IMG/VR virus record: IMGVR_UViG_3300037557_000128
Coordinates: 15,349-79,348 of that record
Source: a virus
Length of the DNA stretch: 64,000 nt
Strand: one strand, 5' to 3'
Shown here: positions 29,600 through 38,412 of the stretch, piece after piece
Numbering within the stretch: the stretch's first letter is position 1
Layout of the letters: every line of letters begins with the position of its first letter
Translations under genes and position numbers: made by a program
The notes under the pieces: generated by a model
The model's input: only the letters and a program-made list of their open reading frames with translations
The model's database searches: none
Told to the model about the DNA's origin: nothing

Positions 29600-29814
29600 T
29601 ATGCATTCGCCTCTATGTAATCTTTTACTTGTTTAACTGTATGAAGTTGTTCTGCATCTTCGTCATAGATTTCTATACCATACTCCTCTTCTAATTGCAT
29701 AACAATTTCAACAATGTTAAGTGAGTCTGCACCCAAGTCTTTAACCAAGTTTGAATTGTCTTGAACTAAGCCTTGGTCGCAACCAAGTACTTCTGAAATT
29801 ATTTTTTCTACCAT
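29599..29814 (-). CDS. acpP: Acyl carrier protein
   Basis: DLGADSLNIVEIVMQLEEEYGIEI...TVKQVKDYI; phosphopantetheine Ser motif. Confidence 0.92.
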   Translation of the reverse strand: MVEKIISEVLGCDQGLVQDNSNLVKDLGADSLNIVEIVMQLEEEYGIEIYDEDAEQLHTVKQVKDYIEANA

Positions 29815-30671
29815 TATGTTACCTCACCGAATGGGTTTGTCTCTGAGAAATCTAAATAATTGTCTGCCTTAGTCTCAAAGTCTAAGTTATCTGCAGCTCC
29901 GTCATTACTCATAGTCATTACATCTACAATACTTGAGATTGTATGTGATGCACTTCCGTCTGCACCGACAAGTACATCTCCGACAACAAGTGTCTTAGTG
30001 TTATCTCTAATTTTAAGTTGTCTAGTTGTTGGGTTCCAAGAAATAACTTCTCCTACTACAACTGAACTCAATTTAACATTCTCGTTTGCGACATAGTTAC
30101 CTGAACCACCACCAGCCATTGTCATATCAATATGATATGCTTGTTCGTCTTCGATAAGGTCAATATCTGTAACATTAGTATCAAAGTCTTCTCCACTGTA
30201 CTCAAACAATTCGCATTGTAATTTAAATACAAATAGTTTACCGACTTGATAGAATGGATTCTCGTGTTCTACAAATTTAATTTCAAACATTGAACCTGAC
30301 ATAGGGAAGTGTATTAAATCCCCTTCGTTTGGTCTTAATGATGTTGCGAGGTTAGAATCCAAAGATATAAACCTTTCCCAACTTCTTAATGAGATTACAA
30401 AGGTTGCAGTATCCCTAACTGAGACACCAAACTTAGACATTAAGTCTCCTTCACCTTCAAACCCCTCAGAATTTTCAATATACATTTCAACCGAATATGC
30501 ATCACCAAATTTTGACTGAACGTCTTCATTTAATATGGTGTCTTCTTCTATTATTTGTCTAGGTAGATAATGTGTTTCATGTCCATACATTCGTAAAGAC
30601 TCGACAACCAAATCTTCATAAAGATGTTGTTCGGTGTTAACTGCATGGTTGAAAAATACGTTAGTCGGCAT
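29814..30671 (-). CDS. gp14: Neck protein
   Basis: EQHLYEDLVVESLRMYG...RPNEGDLIHFP...FYQVGK. Confidence 0.92.
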   Translation of the reverse strand: MPTNVFFNHAVNTEQHLYEDLVVESLRMYGHETHYLPRQIIEEDTILNEDVQSKFGDAYSVEMYIENSEGFEGEGDLMSKFGVSVRDTATFVISLRSWERFISLDSNLATSLRPNEGDLIHFPMSGSMFEIKFVEHENPFYQVGKLFVFKLQCELFEYSGEDFDTNVTDIDLIEDEQAYHIDMTMAGGGSGNYVANENVKLSSVVVGEVISWNPTTRQLKIRDNTKTLVVGDVLVGADGSASHTISSIVDVMTMSNDGAADNLDFETKADNYLDFSETNPFGEVT

Positions 30672-30675
30672 GACT

Positions 30676-31491
30676 CTATCCCATCATGTCCATAACAGGC
30701 ATTTCGTAATTTAACCTTGACTCTTCCTCTAGTTTTGTGATTTCTTCTTGTGCTTCAGTCATCATACGTTCTGCATCTAGAGTTACACCGCCTGGTAGTG
30801 CAATACCACCAAACTTAGAAAGGTTTTGACCCCATTGATATTTAACTTTTTGGGTTGCATATTTCTTTAACCACATATCGTTATAGACATCAGTCATATC
30901 ATTTGGGTCTATCTTTCTGTAACATTCTATGATAATCCACTCATCTGCAGTCAATTTTGATGCATTATAGTCAATATACAATCTATTAGAATGCATATTA
31001 TATCTTATTGGTATTTGACCTACCAACATTTGATTTAATAATGCAAGGTGTGATTGTACTTGTGAGTAGTACATTACACTTGTAGAAGTTAAATCCCACA
31101 AGTCATTTAGTCTAAGTTGATACTGAATATCAAACATATTAGATTGTGTTCCCGAACTAAATGGGAATAGGTTAATTACTGAAAGAACGTGTTCGGGTAG
31201 TGTTAAATAGTTCTTACCTTCTCCGTAAGTTTGGTTTGCGATTGCTTGAGTTCCAGTTGTTGCAGCTGCGTGTGATTCATTAGTTTTAAATGAATCAATT
31301 TCTGCTTGAGTAATTTGGTGTTTTAGATAGGTTTTGATACTCCCATCGTAATGAAATTCACGAAAATACTGCAGTGCTTCATCGACTCTATCGTCTAATT
31401 GGTCGTCATCGATGTTAATTTCAACAACAGGAGCTCCTAATGCTCTCTTGATGTAATCTTTAAATGTTGCCTTTGAATTAGGTGCTGCCAT
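30676..31491 (-). CDS. gp13: Neck protein
   Basis: LGAPVVEINIDDDQLDDR...WLKKYAT...QWGQNLSKF...LPGGVTL. Confidence 0.93.
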   Translation of the reverse strand: MAAPNSKATFKDYIKRALGAPVVEINIDDDQLDDRVDEALQYFREFHYDGSIKTYLKHQITQAEIDSFKTNESHAAATTGTQAIANQTYGEGKNYLTLPEHVLSVINLFPFSSGTQSNMFDIQYQLRLNDLWDLTSTSVMYYSQVQSHLALLNQMLVGQIPIRYNMHSNRLYIDYNASKLTADEWIIIECYRKIDPNDMTDVYNDMWLKKYATQKVKYQWGQNLSKFGGIALPGGVTLDAERMMTEAQEEITKLEEESRLNYEMPVMDMMG

Positions 31492-31545
31492 AATAGTTTC
31501 CAGTAGTAATAATCTTAACTATTACTATTTATAACGTTTGGGAAC

Positions 31546-31806
31546 CTATTCTTGGAAGTATGTCTTAGATTGTAGTCTATCTATCTTTTCGTCTATTCTT
31601 TCCATAGAATCAATTAAACGTTGGAAGTCTTTCTCAATTTGGTCTCTAGTAACATAATCTTTGGCAACTTCTTCTCTTGTCCTATTGATTAATATAGATA
31701 TTCTTTGTTGTTCAGCTACAATATTCCTCACCAAAAAACCGATGGGGGCTAGAATAAGCGTTAAGATTACATTCCAAATAATGTGAGCGTCTATGATGAT
31801 TTCCAT
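31546..31806 (-). CDS. Small protein with N-terminal TM helix and coiled coil
   Basis: IIWNVILTLILAPIGFLV then heptads ...RIDEKIDRL. Confidence 0.7.
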   Translation of the reverse strand: MEIIIDAHIIWNVILTLILAPIGFLVRNIVAEQQRISILINRTREEVAKDYVTRDQIEKDFQRLIDSMERIDEKIDRLQSKTYFQE

Positions 31807-31827
31807 AGTACTATTTAGATAATCAAA

Positions 31828-32538
31828 CTATCTAATTGCGTTCCCTTTATCATCTATATCAAATAAAAACTCATCGGGGTTATAGTTATCAGCTTCAAGA
31901 CCTTTACAAAATATTGCATCATCGTTTAGATATTTTAAGGTACAATTAAAAGATATACTATATCTCTCTTTGTTTGTTGGGTTGGGTTCTACCATGTGCA
32001 TGAGACCACTTGGGAATAATATACACTCACCAGTATAGGGTTCAAAATATGAAGAAGTTGGTGTTCTAAGACTATGTGGAAAATCTGCAGCCACCTTTTG
32101 ATGCGTATCAATCATTGATATACGACCCTCGTCACCGTCTCCATGAATATAGAATACACCACTATACCAACAACCATTATGTAAATGTGGTGCGTTCCAA
32201 GCACCATTATTGTTAATGTTTGCCCATGAATTGTTTATATCTAACTTACACTCTGAAGGTTTAAGTCCATGAAAAGGCATTACTTCGTCAATAAAAAATT
32301 GTTCTATTCTATTCATGCATTTCTGAAAAGTTGGGCTTCTTTCGCACCCATCTTTTGATTGCCAACCTGTATATTGATTAGAGAGTTGTCTTCCTTTTGG
32401 GTCTCTTCTTCTCATGGCGTCCATTTCGTTTCGCAACATTAGACAATATTCTTTTGAAAATCCCTTATCTTCAGGTAAGCCTTCTTGCGTGAAGTTCCTA
32501 TGGAATACATAAGTTGGGAATAGTAATCTAACTGCCAT
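31828..32538 (-). CDS. Putative 2OG-Fe(II) oxygenase (TIGR02466-like)
   Basis: WANIN...HLH...SGVFYI...LFPSGLMHMVEPN...RYSISFN; likely start MAVRLLFP. Confidence 0.85.
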   Translation of the reverse strand: MAVRLLFPTYVFHRNFTQEGLPEDKGFSKEYCLMLRNEMDAMRRRDPKGRQLSNQYTGWQSKDGCERSPTFQKCMNRIEQFFIDEVMPFHGLKPSECKLDINNSWANINNNGAWNAPHLHNGCWYSGVFYIHGDGDEGRISMIDTHQKVAADFPHSLRTPTSSYFEPYTGECILFPSGLMHMVEPNPTNKERYSISFNCTLKYLNDDAIFCKGLEADNYNPDEFLFDIDDKGNAIR

Positions 32539-33805
32539 TTGGGTCTCTGTTGAACTTCCATACAGTTGTTTCTTCAACTTCTTTTAGAAATTCTATTGGA
32601 ATATTGTGGTCTGATATAACCGTTCCTCTATCACTGATGTTTCCTACACCATACTCACTAATATAATATTTGTTGTCTTTTATAGACAAATTATTAGGAT
32701 AAGCAACATTATACTTATCATGCAGATATATAGGGTACTCATTTTTATCACTATCACTTGTAATTAAATACTTTCTACAATCTTTGTTTTCCCAAGCCTT
32801 TTCAAACAGTGATACATCTTCAAACATACCTTTTAGATATTCATCACCAGTCATAAATGTAGGTGTACTATTAAATATATCAGGTCTTACATTCAGTTCT
32901 AAGAAATACCATTCTCCTTTAGAAGTGTAGGCACCACAAAAACTTCCTTCCCAACTTCCACCCATTTTAGCGATATGTTCTAAATATTTTTCAGACTCTT
33001 TTCTGACTATCTTATCTACGGAAGGACTTAATGGTTTCACATATGTGTCGAAATACCATACTTGTGGGATTACACCTTTATTCAACCCCTCACCTATTAT
33101 CTCTTGGGTATGAGTTATAGAATATTCTCCATTTGAAACTACAAAGAATACATTTGTTTCTATCATATCATGCAAATATTCTTCTATGAAATAATCTGCA
33201 TTTATACATCTCGGCCATTCAGGGTTGGTATTCAAATCTTTAAGGGGTTTTATGTCTTCCTCACTATTAATCACTATTGCAGGATACCAAATATGAGAGG
33301 CTTTCTCTACACATGGAAAGGAAAGTCCCTCACAATAATCTTCATCTAAATATTTTCCGTGTTTAACAATATTAGGAACCCTTACCCCAAGTTGCTTAGC
33401 TGTATCTTTTGCAAATAACTTGTCTGTTTCTAGACGACCTGATTTTTCTGTTGGGCCTATGTACTTAACTTTATCTTTAAAATAGGTATGTAAAAAAGAT
33501 ATATCAGGAATACAGACTTGAAGAATATCAATGTTGTACTTATCAATAAGTCCTTCTATAAATGCACATGATTCTATCTTTCTTTTTTCACTTATTTGAA
33601 TGGGTATATCTTCCACTCTTTCTGGCGAATACTTACCAAGACCAGTTACCCTACGATTTTCTTCTTCAGTTAAAGGGGTTATACCAAGAGAAGATTCGTA
33701 TTCATTTACATACGTCCAATTACTGTAAACTGTATGGCCAGAATTTACTAATTCTATCAAAGTATGAAAATGACAACGAGGAAGATTTAAATTTAGTATA
33801 TTCAC
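32528..33805 (-). CDS. Divergent ATP-grasp ligase (PurD-related fold)
   Basis: IGP...LETDKLFAKD, PCVEKA, FIEEYL, FLELNVR; GTG start coupled to upstream TGA. Confidence 0.75.
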   Translation of the reverse strand: MNILNLNLPRCHFHTLIELVNSGHTVYSNWTYVNEYESSLGITPLTEEENRRVTGLGKYSPERVEDIPIQISEKRKIESCAFIEGLIDKYNIDILQVCIPDISFLHTYFKDKVKYIGPTEKSGRLETDKLFAKDTAKQLGVRVPNIVKHGKYLDEDYCEGLSFPCVEKASHIWYPAIVINSEEDIKPLKDLNTNPEWPRCINADYFIEEYLHDMIETNVFFVVSNGEYSITHTQEIIGEGLNKGVIPQVWYFDTYVKPLSPSVDKIVRKESEKYLEHIAKMGGSWEGSFCGAYTSKGEWYFLELNVRPDIFNSTPTFMTGDEYLKGMFEDVSLFEKAWENKDCRKYLITSDSDKNEYPIYLHDKYNVAYPNNLSIKDNKYYISEYGVGNISDRGTVISDHNIPIEFLKEVEETTVWKFNRDPNGS

Positions 33806-34713
33806 TCTTGTCCGTCCCAATTTAAATCCGTTCTTTTTAGTTGTTCTTCTTTAAAGTCTTTCTTCATTTCACCAGTATTAGGGTCAAAAGGACATTCTGT
33901 TAAATCTTCTTTGAAATCCTTATGTTTTGGTTCCCAAACTTTCCCTCTTTTATAAGGGCCTGCCATATGAGTGGATTCATCTCCAAAACCTATCCTAGAT
34001 AACTCAGTCACCGTCATACGTTTATCAGGGTGTTCTGTAGTGTATTTTGATTGATTAGTTACATAAGACTCATGGTCTTTAACAGTATATGTCGCAACCC
34101 ATTCTTCTCTTTTGTATGGAATGATTTGACAAATAGGTGTACCCTTTGTTATAACAAATGAATGGTCTACTTTGGGGTATAGAATAATTTGTGAATTGTC
34201 TTTATTTGTATTAAACTTATCAGTATCAATAATACCTTGCCATGTCGCAAAGTAATCATTCTGAAATAAGAAAGGGTCTAAGTAGAAACAAGAATAGCCT
34301 GGTGGTGTAGTTATACACCATGCATTAGACATTTTGAATGCATCTTTGACTGGTGCATCCATAGTAGACATATAGTTAAATGCATCATGCATTTGTATAC
34401 TAGGGTGTGTTGCAGATGAATATTTCTCCATTTCAACATGGACTGTATCTTCAGTGTGATAAGATTTAGAATCAGAATCTTCATTTGTTACACCGTTTCT
34501 TATTAATATATCTCTATTTGCAAGAATAAGATACCCTGAAGATAACCAATCTTGCATTGCAGGACAAGACCTTATAGTCTTATTAACTACACCGTTTACA
34601 ACTTCTGCGACCTTTCCTTTTTTCCACCAATCAGGTGTAACAGACTTTGCAAGAACTGGTTTAAAATTCTTTAAAGTTTCTTTATCGTATGTATGAAAGT
34701 CTATCATCGGCAT
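33802..34713 (-). CDS. DUF6065-like protein (possible dUTPase-like fold)
   Basis: TIRSCPAMQDWLSSGY...TPPGYS...GIIDTD...ITKGTPICQIIPYKRE. Confidence 0.6.
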   Translation of the reverse strand: MPMIDFHTYDKETLKNFKPVLAKSVTPDWWKKGKVAEVVNGVVNKTIRSCPAMQDWLSSGYLILANRDILIRNGVTNEDSDSKSYHTEDTVHVEMEKYSSATHPSIQMHDAFNYMSTMDAPVKDAFKMSNAWCITTPPGYSCFYLDPFLFQNDYFATWQGIIDTDKFNTNKDNSQIILYPKVDHSFVITKGTPICQIIPYKREEWVATYTVKDHESYVTNQSKYTTEHPDKRMTVTELSRIGFGDESTHMAGPYKRGKVWEPKHKDFKEDLTECPFDPNTGEMKKDFKEEQLKRTDLNWDGQE

Positions 34714-35392
34714 GATAATTTTCCCCCTCTTCTTCTAATCTGACCTCGTCTCCACGAACCACTAATGAACGTCTATCCATGTACCTCGAACTTGGGTCGG
34801 GTGCATCTGCACCATGTGGTATTCTTCCGTCAAACATAATAAGTCTATTTGGTTTAAAATCAATCTCACCTATTTGGTGATTCTTAATATGTTCATCTCT
34901 ACCGTCTAAACCCTGTTGAGGTTTATCATATAATCTTAATGTTCCACCCCACGCAGGATTCCAATATCTATTTGGGTAATATAGAAATGAAAGATTCCAA
35001 CTGTCTTCTTCTGCACAATCTTGATGTGTAGTTCCCTGTAATCCTTGAGTCTGACTATTTAGGCCTGCGTATTGAAACCTTACCCATTTAAAACCAAACT
35101 CAGTTTGAAGTCTTCTATCTAAGTAATTTGTAAACCAAGTGTCTTCGATTCTGACATCTTTATCGATTTTATGAAAGTTTCTAAAAAATGTTGCACCCCA
35201 AAAACTATGGTGTGGTAAACCAGTTGAAGAACCACTACTGACTTGATTTGTCTTACTCCATATGTTATCAAGAGAGATTCTTTCATCATAATGATGATGT
35301 AATGGTTGAGCCAACCAATCATCTAATACATAAACTTTTGTTAAGGGTAAAGTCTGTATTTTGAAAGGTTCATCTAAATGAACAATCTCCAT
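34682..35392 (-). CDS. 2OG-Fe(II) oxygenase (prolyl-hydroxylase-like)
   Basis: THQD...WGGTLRLY...PNRLIMFDGRIPHGA...RRSLV. Confidence 0.85.
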   Translation of the reverse strand: MEIVHLDEPFKIQTLPLTKVYVLDDWLAQPLHHHYDERISLDNIWSKTNQVSSGSSTGLPHHSFWGATFFRNFHKIDKDVRIEDTWFTNYLDRRLQTEFGFKWVRFQYAGLNSQTQGLQGTTHQDCAEEDSWNLSFLYYPNRYWNPAWGGTLRLYDKPQQGLDGRDEHIKNHQIGEIDFKPNRLIMFDGRIPHGADAPDPSSRYMDRRSLVVRGDEVRLEEEGENYHADDRLSYIR

Positions 35393-35393
35393 A

Positions 35394-35963
35394 CTAACTC
35401 TGTTGGTGGTCTGGCAGTTTAGTTGGTGCTGGTATATGCATTGAATACTCGTCCAATTCCTTTAAAGTATCTTCACGAGTTGCTTTAATTTCTGCACATA
35501 TTTGGTCTAATACACTGTATAGTGCATCACCATATTCCATAACCCTTCTTGCATTAGACCTAAATGGGTGGTTAGAACCCTCTCTACCTGCAAAAGTAAC
35601 CTCACCTAAATCACTAAAACCATGCATATCAATAGTTTCTTTTAGATAATCTCCAACCTGTTCATTTAACCTTGACATAAGTTGATTGTTTAAATTAGTT
35701 CCCAAAGGTGGTTCTGAATTTGCAATATACTGTTCAACCATTTCTTTTTCTGCATCAGATAGGTCTAGTTTTTCTTGCATATCAAAATTTTGTTCTCTGT
35801 CCCACTTCATGATTTTGATTTCTATATCATCATACACCAACATATCATATTCAAACCCTAATTCAGGTTTGTCGACATTTTGAAATTCGTATTCCAATCC
35901 GTTAGGTTTTCTGACAAAGAGGTTGCTATCTTCCGTGAATATTAAAGCGTTTTTTACATTCAT
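35394..35963 (-). CDS. Hypothetical protein, possibly tail-fibre assembly chaperone-like
   Basis: C-terminal HGFSDLGEVTF...PFRSNARRVMEYGDALY loosely resembles phage fibre-assembly proteins. Confidence 0.45.
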   Translation of the reverse strand: MNVKNALIFTEDSNLFVRKPNGLEYEFQNVDKPELGFEYDMLVYDDIEIKIMKWDREQNFDMQEKLDLSDAEKEMVEQYIANSEPPLGTNLNNQLMSRLNEQVGDYLKETIDMHGFSDLGEVTFAGREGSNHPFRSNARRVMEYGDALYSVLDQICAEIKATREDTLKELDEYSMHIPAPTKLPDHQQS

Positions 35964-35997
35964 AATAATTTTCCTATAATCTCTCTATTATACCATA

Positions 35998-37518
35998 TTA
36001 TTGCGTGGAGTCATAGAGGTTTTTGTACTTGTTGTATACTTCAAGATTATTTATAGAGTCAAAATTCATATCATTTATCCAAGGCCCGCCCCTAGTGTAA
36101 TGAATCCCAGTGTAATCCCACTTCTCTTCAGGGTTGTCATAACCTTCGACAAATATATATTTTTGAGGTATTTCAGATATTGCATTAGTCCATTCGAACT
36201 GATGTAGTTGTTTTCCTGTCCAAGTGTTCACAACTTCAGGTGTTAACTTCTTACAGTCCTCATGACTGTTGTTGAAAAACATCATTGAAGACCACAATTT
36301 ACATGGATAATCTATGTTTACTTCTCCATTGAACTTAGACTCGTCATGTTTATATTGTGGGTATTTGATACACGCAACTGCATCATCAGGATTTAGATAA
36401 TAGAACATAGGTAGTAATGACTTCTTAAATATAAAATCGTTATCCACAAATAGACTAAACCCTTCATAGTTCTCTAAGTGTGGTATAAGAAATCTACTGT
36501 ATGTAAATTCAGTACTTTGATTTGCGTACTCCCTATTATAATCGGGAAGTTTAGAAATGTCAAGCAATTTAATGGTTGGACTAAATCTAGTGTACTCTTG
36601 AAACTCACCCAGTGAATGTGCATCTGAGATTGTTTGTGTGATTGACTTTTCACACACTTTCTCTAAATCATTCATTGTACTATCATAACCGATATAAACG
36701 GTTAGTGGTTTACCTGCAGAAAGTTTATGAACCTTTTTATTAAACTTAAAGACATCATCTCTAAATCCAAGTTCTGCTAAATCTGTTTGCCATTCTATCA
36801 CACCCCGACATAGTTGGAATGCAATATTTTTATGTCTTCCTCTTTTGTCTAGTTTATCGCCCCAATACTCTAATACTTCATCAAGTGTTGTACTTGGAAA
36901 ATCTGAGAGTTGTCCAGTCTTATCCCATATCATACACTCCATATCGTCATTTTCCATTTCTTCAAATACGCAAGAACGAACAGAGCCTGGGTGGATTGTT
37001 AATTGAATTAGGTCATCAACTGGATTTGTTGTATAACCTTGAATTGGTGCCCAAAGTCCTTCTTCTTGAATACTTTGAGTTAACCAGTGTGCTTTTGCAC
37101 TATGGTAATAACAAGAACCTACTACTTCTTTTACTCTTGGGTCTTCTTTATGAGACGGTCTAACATTTACAACAGTATCTAAAATGTTAACTTCTTCATC
37201 TTCTTTTTGGAATCCGAATCCTGCGTGATTTCCCACCATGTTTAAACTAGAATAACCATGAGGAAGATACCTATGATAATAATTAGACTTATCTAATAGA
37301 CCATTAAAACTCATGAATCTTTTTTCTTTTCTTAATTGAAGTGTATCACCCCATTTAAAGATTTTAAGTGGTGGAAGAATTTCTTCAAACAACCACTGTA
37401 TGATTTTATATGATTCTTTATCTGTTTCACCAATATTAAGGGAACCTAAATGTAAGGCGTCCATAGTTTCTTTGGTGATAAGAGATTGAGCTTGCTCTAG
37501 TGTAGTAATTTTTTCCAT
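35998..37518 (-). CDS. Fusion of ParB/Srx-like domain and GT-A glycosyltransferase (GT8/CDI-like)
   Basis: C-half VYIGYDS, STEFTYSRFLIP, FVDND (DxD), WSSMMFFN, HYTRGGPW; N-half SIQEEGLWAPI...HPGSVR. Confidence 0.8.
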   Translation of the reverse strand: MEKITTLEQAQSLITKETMDALHLGSLNIGETDKESYKIIQWLFEEILPPLKIFKWGDTLQLRKEKRFMSFNGLLDKSNYYHRYLPHGYSSLNMVGNHAGFGFQKEDEEVNILDTVVNVRPSHKEDPRVKEVVGSCYYHSAKAHWLTQSIQEEGLWAPIQGYTTNPVDDLIQLTIHPGSVRSCVFEEMENDDMECMIWDKTGQLSDFPSTTLDEVLEYWGDKLDKRGRHKNIAFQLCRGVIEWQTDLAELGFRDDVFKFNKKVHKLSAGKPLTVYIGYDSTMNDLEKVCEKSITQTISDAHSLGEFQEYTRFSPTIKLLDISKLPDYNREYANQSTEFTYSRFLIPHLENYEGFSLFVDNDFIFKKSLLPMFYYLNPDDAVACIKYPQYKHDESKFNGEVNIDYPCKLWSSMMFFNNSHEDCKKLTPEVVNTWTGKQLHQFEWTNAISEIPQKYIFVEGYDNPEEKWDYTGIHYTRGGPWINDMNFDSINNLEVYNKYKNLYDSTQ

Positions 37519-37551
37519 AATATAATCCTTTTCAATATTTAGTTACAAGAA

Positions 37552-38412
37552 TTAACTTGTAACTGGTGTAGCAGGCCATTGTTGAGATAGTGTACTATCC
37601 CACCTAATGACTGGTGTTCTACCTTGTCGGGCATAAGTTCCAGGCGTCCTATGTTGATATGTGAACGGTGTCTGACCTTGTCTTGCATATGTGCCAGGCG
37701 TTCTATGTTGATAAGTCGTTGGTGTTTGACCTTGTCTAGCATATGTACTTGGTGTTCTATGTTGATAGGTAAATGGTGTTTGACCTTGTCTCGCATATGT
37801 GCCAGGCGTTCTATGTTGATATGTAGTAGGTGTTTGACCTTGTCTAGCATATGTGCCAGGCTGTCTGTTTTGATATGTAGTAGGTGTCTGACCTTGTCTA
37901 GCATACGTTCCTGGCTGCCTATTACTATATGTAAATGGAGTCTGTCCTTGTCTCGCATATGTTGTAGGTTGACTAGCAATATATGGATATGGATTTTGTC
38001 TATTCGCAATATAAGGTTGTTGTCCAGCTACAGGATTCCTATAGGTAAATGGACTCCTATTATTATATGTGAACGGACTCTGACTATTACTAGGTTGTCT
38101 TGCGTTCGCAGGATACCTTGCGTTATATGTGAATGGACTCTGACTATTACTAGGAGACTGTCCATTAGCAGGATACCTTGCGTTATATGTGAACGGTTGT
38201 CTCGCATTACTAGGAGACTGAGCATTCGCAGGATACCTTGCGTTATAGGTATACGGAGTCCTTGCGTTATAGGTAAATGGACTCTGACTATTACTAGGAG
38301 ACTGTCCATTAGCAGGATACCTTGCGTTATAAGTTCCAGGCTGCCTAGCTGAAGCAATGGCAGGTTGCTGGGTATTAGCGATTACTGGTTGTTGTGCTTG
38401 TCCGATTGCCAT
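37552..38412 (-). CDS. Pro/Tyr/Gln/Arg-rich repeat protein 'B' (partner of 38412-39863)
   Basis: 286 aa, almost all repeats; no K, E or C and one D; coupled to upstream stop. Confidence 0.85.
   Translation of the reverse strand: MAIGQAQQPVIANTQQPAIASARQPGTYNARYPANGQSPSNSQSPFTYNARTPYTYNARYPANAQSPSNARQPFTYNARYPANGQSPSNSQSPFTYNARYPANARQPSNSQSPFTYNNRSPFTYRNPVAGQQPYIANRQNPYPYIASQPTTYARQGQTPFTYSNRQPGTYARQGQTPTTYQNRQPGTYARQGQTPTTYQHRTPGTYARQGQTPFTYQHRTPSTYARQGQTPTTYQHRTPGTYARQGQTPFTYQHRTPGTYARQGRTPVIRWDSTLSQQWPATPVTS
37612..37968 (-). repeat. 54-bp coding tandem repeats (PGTYARQGQTPxTYQHRT, about 6.5 copies)
   Basis: Recurrent gcatatgtgccaggcgttctatgttgat / gtttgaccttgtc. Confidence 0.9.

Noticed and set aside
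32528-33805. purD annotation
   Set aside because: PurD-specific substrate motifs are missing; reported only as an ATP-grasp ligase
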